The notes under the pieces are model-generated. The model worked only from the letters and a program-made list of their open reading frames with translations, was not told where the DNA came from and made no database searches. Shown here in pieces: positions 1-9,380 of a stretch of DNA of 64,000 nt (the stretch's first letter is position 1; each line of letters opens with the position of its first letter). Where the stretch lies: the NCBI GenBank assembly GCA_963842085.1, contig CAWJET010000001.1, forward strand, positions 2,560,001-2,624,000. Direction: 5' to 3'. The DNA comes from an uncultured delta proteobacterium. GTDB lineage: Bacteria; Desulfobacterota; Binatia; Binatales; Binataceae. Both the position numbers and the translations under genes were made by a program.

Positions 1-153
1 GCAAGCAACCAGCACGGATTTGTCCACAATCTCCAAGCCTCGCTTTCGCTGGCGCTCGATGACGATGTCGCAGTGCTGCTTGCACAGTTCGATCTGGCGA
101 ACGTATCTGCCAGGCGCCATCAACCTTCTCGGCGATCGGTGTCGCGCGCTCCT

Positions 154-200
154 GGTCACCCTGATCTCAGGGTCGCCAGGGGCTCGTCCCCCATCGATGC
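154..200. repeat. Dispersed ~45-bp motif, copy 1 (GGTCA-hairpin-CGCCA..GGCTCGTCCCCCATCGA)
   Basis: GGTCACCCTGATCTCAGGGTCGCCAGGGGCTCGTCCCCCATCGA, with internal inverted repeat ACCCTGA/TCAGGGT. Related copies at ~293-328 and 2622-2665. Confidence 0.6.
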
Positions 201-553
201 CAAGAGTGGTGCTCACAGCAAGGATGGTCGCACTGTTGTACGGGTGGTGCGCCTAACTATTTCAGTGGAGATGGAACGTGGAGATGAGACGGGGTCACCC
301 GGATCTCCCCAGGCTCGCCCCCCTGGAGTGGTGCTGAATGAGGGATGGTGCATTGTCGGACAGCCAGCGCATCAACTATTCCAAGAAAGTAGGACCTGAA
401 GAGGAGGGTGAAGCATCAGAAGTTCGCCATGGGGCTTTAGCTAGTCAGGGGTTGCCGTGAGTGTTTGGGTACACGGTCTAGCGCGAAACGACCTTGAGTT
501 TAGTTCTTTTCAGGCTTTGCCAACCCAGCCGGGATTGCGGGAGTGGTGCGTCC

Positions 554-1735
554 CTATTGACGCCCGGTCGGCTTGCGGGAGGTGCCTGTAGGTACGGCTC
601 CTGCCAGGCCGAACCGGTTCAGCATTCGGTAAACCGTGTAGCGCGATACGCCCAACAGTTCGGCCGCGCGATGGCAATTGCCCTCGGTCGCCTGCAGCGC
701 GCGAATCAGCGCGAGCTTCGAGGTTTCGCGGATTACGGCGTCGAGCGAGTAGGGCCAATCCTTCGCGGCGCTATTGACCCCGCCCTCGGCCGGGTCGCAT
801 GCGCCATTTGGCAGCATCGTGTCGACTGGCACGCCCATCGCTTCGCCACCTGTATCGTCATGGCGGAAAGGCAGGTCGTCGAGATCTACCCGGTCGCTGT
901 CGGTCATCAGAACCGCGTTTTCGATCGCGTGCCCAAGCTCGCGGACGTTACCGAGCCATTGGTCGGCGCACAGCGCGTCCAATGCGCCCCGCGAAACGAA
1001 CTTCACATTCTTCTCGAACAGGCGGTTGAAATGCTCGATGAAATGGGCGACGAAAGCTGGGATTGCCTCGCGCCGCTCGCGCAGCGGTGGGACCAGGATA
1101 GAGGCTGCGTTGAGGCGGTAGTACAGGTCGTCTCGAAATCGACCCGCCTTCACCATCGCGCGTAGCTCGCGATTACTCGCCGCGACCAGCCGAATATCAA
1201 CCGGGTACGAACGCGACGAACCGACCGGCTGGATTTCGTGAGTCTCAACCGCCCGCAGCAGCTTGGGTTGCAGTCGCAGCGGGAGCTCTCCGATCTCGTC
1301 CAGGAACAGGGTTCCGCCATTGGCGGAGCGGAAATAGCCGAGCAAATCCTCCCGCGCATCGGTGAAGGCGCCGCGCACATGGCCGAAGAGCTGCGATTCG
1401 GCCAGCGACTCGACTAGGTTGGAGCAATTGAAGGTGACGAACGGGCCGCCCGCGGTCGAGCCCAACATATGCAATGCTCGAGCAACGAGTTCCTTACCGG
1501 TTCCGGATTCGCCGTGAATCAGGACAGTTGCTTTGTACGGACTCAAGCGTGAAATGGTTTTCAGCACTCTGCGCACTTGCGCCGACCTCACCACCATCCC
1601 GCCAACCCTCTCCGAGCCATGCGCAAGATGCTCCAGACTCAACCATTCGCACGCGGCAGCCGCCGGCTCGGCGCGAAGATTACTCATCGCAGCCGCGACC
1701 GGCGAGGCGTTCGCCGAGTACTCATGAAGGGGCAT
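554..1735 (-). CDS. Sigma-54-dependent enhancer-binding protein (AAA+ plus Fis-type HTH) without an N-terminal receiver
   Basis: Walker A GESGTGKE, SQLFGHVRGAFTDA (GAFTGA variant), LFLDEIGE, FRDDLYYRL, WLGNVREL, and C-terminal GNCHRAAELLGVSRYTVYRML HTH. Confidence 0.93.
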   Translation of the reverse strand: MPLHEYSANASPVAAAMSNLRAEPAAAACEWLSLEHLAHGSERVGGMVVRSAQVRRVLKTISRLSPYKATVLIHGESGTGKELVARALHMLGSTAGGPFVTFNCSNLVESLAESQLFGHVRGAFTDAREDLLGYFRSANGGTLFLDEIGELPLRLQPKLLRAVETHEIQPVGSSRSYPVDIRLVAASNRELRAMVKAGRFRDDLYYRLNAASILVPPLRERREAIPAFVAHFIEHFNRLFEKNVKFVSRGALDALCADQWLGNVRELGHAIENAVLMTDSDRVDLDDLPFRHDDTGGEAMGVPVDTMLPNGACDPAEGGVNSAAKDWPYSLDAVIRETSKLALIRALQATEGNCHRAAELLGVSRYTVYRMLNRFGLAGAVPTGTSRKPTGRQ

Positions 1736-2126
1736 CTTTGGTTCCTTCCCTAGCGCGTATATCGGTCTGCAGCTGTCAAACTATTCAATTCTGATTTTTA
1801 TCATCAGGATCAAGCCGAGGCAAGTTTACTTATGTTTTATTATCGCATCTTCTATCATGCCGAGCGGGGTGCATTCGCGACGCGATGATAGCCACCTTTG
1901 GCTATCCGCGATGCAACAAATCGCTCGAGTGCAACAAGATCAAAAGATTCAAATTCGTATCACAATGGCCGGAGCAGCCCGAAATAACCAATGAATCCGG
2001 TACAAATCTGACGGTTGTGTTCGAAAAGCACATTTCTTGGCCCCGCCTTTGCTACATCGCAAAAAAGAGTGTCTGTGAACGCCTGGGAACCAGGCGGGGA
2101 CAGGCTCATCCAAGGAGGAGCCAGTT

Positions 2127-2549
2127 ATGGCAGTGCGAGTGCTCATTGCGGACAGCTCGGGGATCGTGCGCGATACTATACGCAGTCATCTCGAGTGCGC
2201 CGGATGCCAGGTGGTAGCGGAAACCATGACCGTTGCACAGACAATTGACCTCGTTCGAACGACGCGTCCTGATGTGATCACTCTCGACATCGGGCTGCGC
2301 AGTGCCCAAGGTCTCGGCGCGTTATCGTTGTTCAGGACGATTCGTAGGACGTCGCCGGCGACATCGATCTTGGTCGTTGGCGCGGCACAATCATCGGACA
2401 ACCAGCGAATCTACCGGCGCAAGGGCGCGCTCGAATGTATCGCGGAGCCGCTCGACAATTTCGGGCTGAAGCGGATGTGGCGACGGCTGTCGGACACCTT
2501 TCCAGAGCTCAAACGCAGCAAAGAGGCCGCCCCCGAGCGCCGAATCTAA
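2127..2549 (+). CDS. Stand-alone response-regulator receiver domain, atypical
   Basis: VRVLIADSS..PDVITLDI receiver fold with RBS AGGAGGAG upstream. The second acidic residue and the conserved Lys-Pro (here EP) are altered. Confidence 0.8.
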   Translation: MAVRVLIADSSGIVRDTIRSHLECAGCQVVAETMTVAQTIDLVRTTRPDVITLDIGLRSAQGLGALSLFRTIRRTSPATSILVVGAAQSSDNQRIYRRKGALECIAEPLDNFGLKRMWRRLSDTFPELKRSKEAAPERRI

Positions 2550-2621
2550 CCGACCGTCAGCTTTTAAGTTGAGACCGGCTGACTGGCTGCGCATTGACTC
2601 ATTGCACGAACCCCGGAATTC

Positions 2622-2665
2622 GGTCACCCCGGAAACCTGGGCGCCAAAGGCTCGTCCCCCATCGA
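2622..2665. repeat. Dispersed ~45-bp motif, copy 2
   Basis: GGTCACCCCGGAAACCTGGGCGCCAAAGGCTCGTCCCCCATCGA. The 3' 17 nt are identical to copy 1 at 181-197. Confidence 0.6.
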
Positions 2666-2993
2666 CGTGCGGGACACCATCGCTGACAGGCGTGCGTCGT
2701 GGGCAGCACTGCAGCGGCGTCCGTGCACACTCCATCGCATCGGTGCAGCGCGCAATAACTATTTCAGGATGGGCACGCGCACATTGCGGGAGTACTGTTT
2801 TTTCGCGGCGCGACGGCGCAGGCCCTCCCATCGATTACGTGGATGCGCGCACTTCCCGGAGGGTGCCACTGTCGTACAGTGGTGCGGTAAGTATTTCAGC
2901 GAAGACAGGCAAGAACAGAAAAGGGTACCTCGTCCCCGACACTCTTGGTGCCAGCTATCCGCAGGTGCGATGATGACCTGATGCGCTGGGGCG

Positions 2994-3465
2994 CTAAGGG
3001 CTCTGGTGCCGTTGTCCGCTACCGAGCGGCCAGACCCTCTGGATCATGGCGAACAGAAAAGCCGTGGTTAGTCCGAATAGCAGCATACCATCTAGCGCCT
3101 CCAATACGCCCATTAACTGCCAGCGATCTTCAAGAAACCGGTTCGCGTGGCCATAGGTGGTCATCGCGCTGAGCGAGTAGAGCATCGCGGACCAGGTCGT
3201 CTGGCAGCGCGCCCAGAAACCGGTACGCGGCGGCCCAAATGACCCCCTCGATTCCGTGCAGAAGCGTGGCCAGCAAGGCTGTAACGCCCATGACCACTGC
3301 GAATCTGGGCATGACCCTGCTGCGATCCACGGACGCGCTCAGTGCACCGACAACTCTTTCACTGACGAGAGCGAGGCCGCATACGTGAATCACCACCGTC
3401 AGCACAATCAAAGGTAGGCTCCAAGCCCAGTCGCCGATCCATGTGCCGACGTTCGTTGGATTCAT
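2994..3465 (-). pseudogene. Small 2-TM potassium-channel-family (Ion_trans_2-like) membrane protein with a 1-bp frameshift
   Basis: ORFs 3130-3465 and 2994-3185 join into ...GALPDDRSAMLYSLSAMTTYGH...LMGVLEALDGMLLFG if one base near 3194 is removed. A pore-helix/filter-like TTYGH is present. Confidence 0.7.
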
Positions 3466-3626
3466 CTTTCCCCCTGATGGCTGGCGTTTCTCGCACCCGA
3501 AATCGTCCGAAGCATCTGCAATGGATTACAAGCCAGCCAACTTCACAACCGAAGCGCTGAAGCGCAGCGCCGAAGCAGCCCGCAGGTCTGGCCGAATCCG
3601 ATGCGTCCCTCCAGGCGACAAATGTG

Positions 3627-3850
3627 TCATAGGCTGGTCTTTGCTTCGATCTCAGCTTCGAAAGTCGCGAGTTCCTTCTCAAGCTTCTCCACGTGCTTCG
3701 CAGTTGATTCCAAGAGGTTGGAGCGGCCGAGCGAGATGTTCTCGCTTAAACTGGCCTCCCTGAACAATTCCTCGGCGCGGCGAAGAGCCTTCTTGGTATT
3801 GCGGATGCCATTTTCAGCTCCTCGATCGTGAGCTTCGTCGAATCAGCCAT
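3627..3850 (-). pseudogene. Small coiled-coil hypothetical protein (~74 aa), frameshifted in an A-run
   Basis: AAGGA RBS and ATG at 3850. Adding one A in the run at ~3811-3814 gives MADSTKLTIEELKNGIRNTKKALRRAEELF...KHVEKLEKELATFEAEIEAKTSL*. Confidence 0.5.
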
Positions 3851-4093
3851 CGTCTGGTTCCTTAGAGCGTAGGGTAAGGGAAATCAGGTTACAGGGATAT
3901 GCACATGAGCCAGCTGCGCGCTTACGGTGCAAACGCCGCCGGTCGGGCTGACGGCGCTCGGATGGTGGCGATCCCGTCTTGCGTCTCGTAGATGATGTCC
4001 TGAAATGCCATCTCCGTCTCCTTCGGCCGCGTCGCATCATCTCGCCGGTTACCTCGCGCTCGAACAGGCTGCGCTCGTCTCAGCGTTAGGCGA

Positions 4094-4324
4094 TCACTCT
4101 ACGATTTCAAGAGTAACCCTGCGGTTCTTCCGCGCTGCGACCGCGGTCAGAATCGTGCGAATCGATTTTGCGGTATGGCCCTGCTTGCCGATCACCCGTC
4201 CAAGGTCTTCCTTCGCAACCCGCAGCTCGAGCACCGAGGCGGTCTCGCCCTGCGTTTCCTTCACCTCCACCGCGTCAGGATTGTTTACCAATTGTTGTGC
4301 GATGAACTGAACGAGCTCCTTCAT
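4094..4324 (-). CDS. khpA: KH-domain RNA-binding protein KhpA (UPF0109)
   Basis: 76 aa, MKELVQFIAQQLVNNPDAVEV...DLGRVIGKQGHTAKSIRTIL, with the GxxG KH motif and a GGAG RBS. Confidence 0.9.
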   Translation of the reverse strand: MKELVQFIAQQLVNNPDAVEVKETQGETASVLELRVAKEDLGRVIGKQGHTAKSIRTILTAVAARKNRRVTLEIVE

Positions 4325-4628
4325 GGGGTAACTCCGTTGAAGAAGTCGAACGAAAGTTTTTACAGGCCGCCATTACCCAGCCTAGTCTTAAGTAGGTCTT
4401 ATAGATACGTGCCTATAGTTATTACAGCCCACCTTGAATTTAGGACACTGGATTCACCCTGCAGCTGCCGCACCGATGGCGCGATCGTGCAGGCGGCGCA
4501 TGACACGCTGGTCGCGTCCAATTCGCCCGAATTCGTTGCCGCGCGTTCCGCGCTTCGGGGAAGAAAGAAAAAGCCCCAGATTGCTACGGGGCTATGTGAC
4601 CGAATCGACGATCGGTTGAAATCGATTC

Positions 4629-5093
4629 TTACTTTATGAGCTTCTTGGTTTCCTTAATCGTAGCGGTTGCCTCGTCGGCCTTGCTCCTCAGCGCCTCAAG
4701 CAGTTCCGGTATATGCTGCAAGGCATTAATTCGAACCTGACGTGAAGCATCGAGCAGCCGAGTCGATCCGGGAATCGGAAGCGGATACCAATCGAAATCA
4801 CCACTACGCGGATCTCTTTTCCCTTCCCGGACCCGCACGGCAAGCGACCAATCGGTGCCGATCTTCGCAAAACCAAGTTCGGTATCCTGGTACATATATT
4901 CGCTGATTTTGATACTCGTGAGCGAATCGGGAACCCATACGTCAAACCCGAGATTCATCTTGGTGAGCTGGGTTTCCACCGACGCCAATACGGAGTTAAC
5001 CGTCTCGGTTCCCGCATTCAGCTCGCTCGCGCTTTTGTTGAGTTCGGAAAGCAGATTAGAAAAGTCGACGTCAGTCATTGGATTCAGGGCCAT
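4629..5093 (-). CDS. Hypothetical protein with N- and C-terminal coiled-coil helices
   Basis: 154-aa ORF with natural composition and heptad-like termini in an AT-richer stretch. No recognised motif. Confidence 0.7.
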   Translation of the reverse strand: MALNPMTDVDFSNLLSELNKSASELNAGTETVNSVLASVETQLTKMNLGFDVWVPDSLTSIKISEYMYQDTELGFAKIGTDWSLAVRVREGKRDPRSGDFDWYPLPIPGSTRLLDASRQVRINALQHIPELLEALRSKADEATATIKETKKLIK

Positions 5094-5292
5094 TCCGGCT
5101 GTTATGAGCAGCTTCCACCGCTCGATTTGTTTGCCGATCGGTCACAACCAGCAGGTTCAATTCTAGCGGCATCTCGCTCGAATCAAGCACGAATTCAAGC
5201 GAGGTGTTCAAACTCGGACGATAATTTCGTGATGCCCGGAGTGCTGCCAGTCGCGCTCGAGGGCACGGCAAGGTTGATCGTCGAGCCGTGCG

Positions 5293-5324
5293 TGCTGTGG
5301 TCGCAGTATGCTGTGGTCGCAGTA
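5293..5324. repeat. Perfect 16-bp tandem duplication
   Basis: TGCTGTGGTCGCAGTA twice, at 5293-5308 and 5309-5324. Confidence 0.9.
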
Positions 5325-5661
5325 TAAGGAAGCCGAATTTCGCGAGCAGATGAACCAGATCCGCCGCAATCAAACGGGAAACGACGAACTCTGGATCAAC
5401 GGCGAGAACCACAGCGGCCCCTTGTTGCCGGTTGCCGCCTCGATGTTGCAGGGGGCCTGTTCGATCGTTCGTGCGCTCGCGCTCGATGTGTTCGCTGCGT
5501 TGACAACCGCGATGCTGCGGCGCTGGGTTGTCGCGCGCCCGATTGTGGTAATCCACGCATGATTTCGGGACTGGCCTCTGCGGCGAGAGCCAGCCATGAT
5601 GTCGGCGAACGCGCCCGCGACGGGCGATGATGGAACGCAGCGCTCGGAATGGAGGCAATCA

Positions 5662-5904
5662 ATGAAAAGGTTCGCGACACTTTCAATTCTCGCTGTCGCC
5701 ACGGCGCTGACAATCTCGATTCTGACCGCCCGACCGGCGGGCTGCGCGGGGTTCTCCGATCCCGAACTCAAGGCCTTCGACCAGGCCACGATTGTTTATG
5801 TCGCGACCGTGCGCAAGGACGGCAATCAGCACGCGGGGATCGTCGTGGATATTCTCGTCTTCGGCGCGTCGCTATCAGCGTGCGCGCCCCTTACCGTCCA
5901 GTAG
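5662..5904 (+). pseudogene. Truncated secreted protein, pyridoxamine-5'-phosphate-oxidase-like N-terminus
   Basis: GGAGG RBS, signal peptide MKRFATLSILAVATAL..., then IVYVATVRKDGNQ (split-barrel FMN-binding start). Similarity ends abruptly near 5830. Confidence 0.45.
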
Positions 5905-6373
5905 GAAACCAGGCTGTCGCTGGCCAGCCCTCGCTAGTCGCGCAGTCGCGCATCGAACTCAGCGGAATTAGCTCTAACCGGAGTCTGTGCGACAGGATTT
6001 GGGAGCGGCAACAACGTCTGTCGTCGAGGGAGAACATCAAAGACGGTGATTGTCGGATTCGATTCGCGCAGCACCCCATAGTCCGCTGCGATCGTCGTTA
6101 ACGTCGCGCCGGTGCTCGTCAACACGTTCGCGGTGATCCTCTGAATCGCGTATGCAGCGGACACTTTTCGATGATTAGTGAAGCTTGAAATACCCGGACT
6201 TGCCTGCTCGAAGTCGTTCGCGACGCAGTACGCCTCTGCGTAAGGGCCGCCTAGGCATCACGATGACGTGGATTAGTTATCATCGCAGCCAGCGCCGAGC
6301 CTGAGGCGGACTCGCTGGCCTCGAGCCCGATGACAAGCCGGGCCAGCGCGATGTAGTGTTACGCTAGGCCGTA

Positions 6374-9343
6374 ATGAGTGGATATCCCGCCGCTGAGAAT
6401 CCTCCCGCCGCCGGTCGCTTGCAATACCGATTTACCTCTGCGCACCAGCGGCTTCGCGAAACCGGTGCGCTGGATCGAATCATTTGTATCGGCTTGTTAA
6501 TCGGCACGATGGCGCTGGTCGGATGGGTGCGGCTGTTGCCCCACGCTCTAGGCGGCGTCGAGAGACCGGCCGCGGTCCTTGCGCGCGAAATGATCGCCGC
6601 CGAAGCCTACGGGCAACTGCCGGCTGATTCGCCGCAGCGGCGCGCCCCGATCGATCAAACGGTGCGCGCGTGGATGAGGGATCATCCCGCCGAATTCCAG
6701 AAATTGGATCACGAGATCGTCGGCCTGCTCGCTTCGGAATTTCGCTATATGGGTGACGACGGCCGCAAACACGTCTTCCTGGGTGACTATGACAGCTACC
6801 ACTGGCTGCGAATGGCCCGCAATTATCTGCAAGCGGGAACGACCTGCGATCGCATCGTAGACGGCATCTGCCGCGACACCTACACCAACGCACCGGTAGG
6901 CCGGATCAACGTCTATAACCGCTCGCTGCATATCGCTGCGATTATCACACTCAACCGCCTAATCACTCTTTTCAGGCCCGGGTTTCCGATTCCCGCCGGC
7001 TCCTTCCTGGTGCAGGCGTTGATCGGGATGCTCGGGGTCATTCCCGCCTTCGCGATAGGGCGCCGGGTCGCGGGTAATCTCGGCGGTTTCTGTGCCTCGA
7101 TCGTGCTGGGACTCAACCCGCTCTTCCTGGGACGGAGTCTTGGAAGCGACGACGACGTCTGGAATGTCGTCCTCCCGCTCTTCACGGTCTGGGCGCTGAT
7201 CGAGGCGTCGGCCGCGCCGTCATATCGCCGGCAGATCGCTTACGCGACTCTCGGCGCGGTGTTCGTCGGCCTGCACGCCGCTTCATGGAGCGGATGGCCG
7301 TTCGCCTATGGTGTCCTGATGATCGCGCTGCTCGCGAATCTGCTCTTCGAGTCGATCAAGCTGGCGCTGCGCAGAGCACGATCGGAAATTTCATCCGGAG
7401 CCGGAGTCCGACGCGCGGCTCTGGTCGTCGCGGTCTTTTGCTTTTCGGCGTGGATTACGACCTCGCTAGCAGGCGCCTCGTACTTTGCGACCGCACGACG
7501 CATTGCACGACCGGTAGCCGCCGTACTGCGGATTCATCCGGGCGGAGCGGACGTGGCTGCGGGCTCGCGTCCGAGTCCGCCCGGCGAGAGCGTGTGGCCG
7601 CGTAGTTTTTCCTTCGTCGAGGAGCTCAAGAAGGGCGACGCGACCCAGTTCGCGCTCTGGATGGGCGGGGAATGGGTGTTGTTCGCGGGCTGCCTTGGCC
7701 TGCTCCTGTTGGCCCTCCCGCACCGACGATGGAGATGGTGGGACTTCGCCTTGCTGATCGGCGCTGCCGGTCTTTATCGGTATGGGCTGACCGCCTCGCT
7801 CACAGGCGATTGGCAACTTCCGGCGCTGATCGCTGCGCCCATCGCGGTGGCTGTTCTGATCGACCTGACGCCGAATGCCCGACCTCCGCAAGAGGATCGA
7901 AGCGCGGTTTTGATTGTAACAGTCTGGTTCTGCGCAGCGCTGTATCTGAGCTTCTCGGCCGTGCGTTTCATCACGCTCCTCGCCGTGCCCTTTGCGATCG
8001 CGTTCGGTGCGATTCCCGGCCGCGCGCATCTATGGATCAGCAGGCTCATCCGTGAACGCCAGCCGCGCTACCCGGGGCCGGTGAGCGCTGCGGTCTTCGT
8101 GCTGCTAGCCGCGTGGACAATTGTGCCGGCCAAAGCCGGCTACCTGGAGGCGCGCAACTATATGCCCGACATCAACCAGGCCTGGTGGACGACGCTGGAG
8201 GACTTGTGCGAGCAAAGCCCGCCCAACGCTATCATCAACGCGGATTGGATCTATGGATACTGGATCAAGTACGCGGCGGAGCGGCGCGTCGTGGCGGACG
8301 GGGGCTCGCTCTCGACGCACATTCCGTACTGGCTCTCGCGCGCGCTGCTGGCGCCGAATGACAATCAGGCGGTAGGCGTGTTGCGGATGCTCGATTGCGG
8401 ATCGGACGCGATGCCGCAGCCGGAGGGCCAACTGGGAGCCTACGGCAAATTGATTGCGCAGGGCCTCGACCCGATAGCGGCTCAATCGATGGTGCTGGAG
8501 ATCGCGGGTCTGGACTTCGCCGCCGCCAAGGCTCGCCTGGCGCGCAGCGGGTTGGGCGAGGCGGCACAGGCCAGCGTGCTGGCTTCCACCCATTGCGACG
8601 CGCCGCCCGCGTACCTGATTCTTTCCACCAAAATGCTGCGCTTGGGGTGGTCTCAGCTCGGTAACTGGGATTGGGACTTCCGCCGCGCCTATGCTTACGA
8701 GAACGAGCGATCGATACCGGCAGCCGCCGCGGTTGATGATCTTGCCGCTCGCTTCGGGATGCAGCCGGCGGACGCGCGCACGCTCTTTCAACAGGTGCAC
8801 GGCCCGCATTCGGACGAAGACGCACAACGATTCATCGCATCGGCGCAAGCCCTCCGTGCGGGATGGATGCCATGCGGCGGTCTCACCCGCGGCGAGCTGG
8901 TTTGCACCAGTAACCTGCCGCTATCGCAGCGCCCAACCATAACCGGCCTCGTCTATCGGCCCACCGACACTACGCTGAAAATTGGTTTTCTGTCCGACCA
9001 CGGCGAGGTTCAGCCGCGGGACGAGACGCCGGCGATCGTACTGATCGCGGGCGACAAGGAGATCGTTGAGCATACAGTGGATTCGCCGACCGACCCGGAC
9101 GTGGCGGTGATGGTCGACCTGGTGCATTCTAGGGCCCTAGTCGGCCCGTCGAATCTGATCCGCTCAACCTTCACGAGGCTGGTGCTGCTCGACGGCGACT
9201 ACAGCCCGCTCTTCACCAAAGTCTATAAAGCCACAGTGATCGGAGAGACTGTAACCGCGTGGAAGATCAACTGGCCGGACCTTGAAAGATCGAGCTCGGG
9301 CCCGAACCCGAAACAACCGTCCACGCCTTCACCCGGCGCGTAA
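6374..9343 (+). CDS. STT3/AglB/PglB-family oligosaccharyltransferase (GT66), divergent
   Basis: 989 aa with a multi-TM N-half. Motifs GDYDSYHWLR, RSLGSDDDVW (DxD), FVEEL (TIxE-like), AVRF, ADWIYGYWIK..RRVVADGGS (at the WWDYG position) and RMLDCG. Confidence 0.88.
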   Translation: MSGYPAAENPPAAGRLQYRFTSAHQRLRETGALDRIICIGLLIGTMALVGWVRLLPHALGGVERPAAVLAREMIAAEAYGQLPADSPQRRAPIDQTVRAWMRDHPAEFQKLDHEIVGLLASEFRYMGDDGRKHVFLGDYDSYHWLRMARNYLQAGTTCDRIVDGICRDTYTNAPVGRINVYNRSLHIAAIITLNRLITLFRPGFPIPAGSFLVQALIGMLGVIPAFAIGRRVAGNLGGFCASIVLGLNPLFLGRSLGSDDDVWNVVLPLFTVWALIEASAAPSYRRQIAYATLGAVFVGLHAASWSGWPFAYGVLMIALLANLLFESIKLALRRARSEISSGAGVRRAALVVAVFCFSAWITTSLAGASYFATARRIARPVAAVLRIHPGGADVAAGSRPSPPGESVWPRSFSFVEELKKGDATQFALWMGGEWVLFAGCLGLLLLALPHRRWRWWDFALLIGAAGLYRYGLTASLTGDWQLPALIAAPIAVAVLIDLTPNARPPQEDRSAVLIVTVWFCAALYLSFSAVRFITLLAVPFAIAFGAIPGRAHLWISRLIRERQPRYPGPVSAAVFVLLAAWTIVPAKAGYLEARNYMPDINQAWWTTLEDLCEQSPPNAIINADWIYGYWIKYAAERRVVADGGSLSTHIPYWLSRALLAPNDNQAVGVLRMLDCGSDAMPQPEGQLGAYGKLIAQGLDPIAAQSMVLEIAGLDFAAAKARLARSGLGEAAQASVLASTHCDAPPAYLILSTKMLRLGWSQLGNWDWDFRRAYAYENERSIPAAAAVDDLAARFGMQPADARTLFQQVHGPHSDEDAQRFIASAQALRAGWMPCGGLTRGELVCTSNLPLSQRPTITGLVYRPTDTTLKIGFLSDHGEVQPRDETPAIVLIAGDKEIVEHTVDSPTDPDVAVMVDLVHSRALVGPSNLIRSTFTRLVLLDGDYSPLFTKVYKATVIGETVTAWKINWPDLERSSSGPNPKQPSTPSPGA

Positions 9344-9380
9344 GCCGCGCACGCGAAATAGCCGCGCGCCGGCATTGCGG

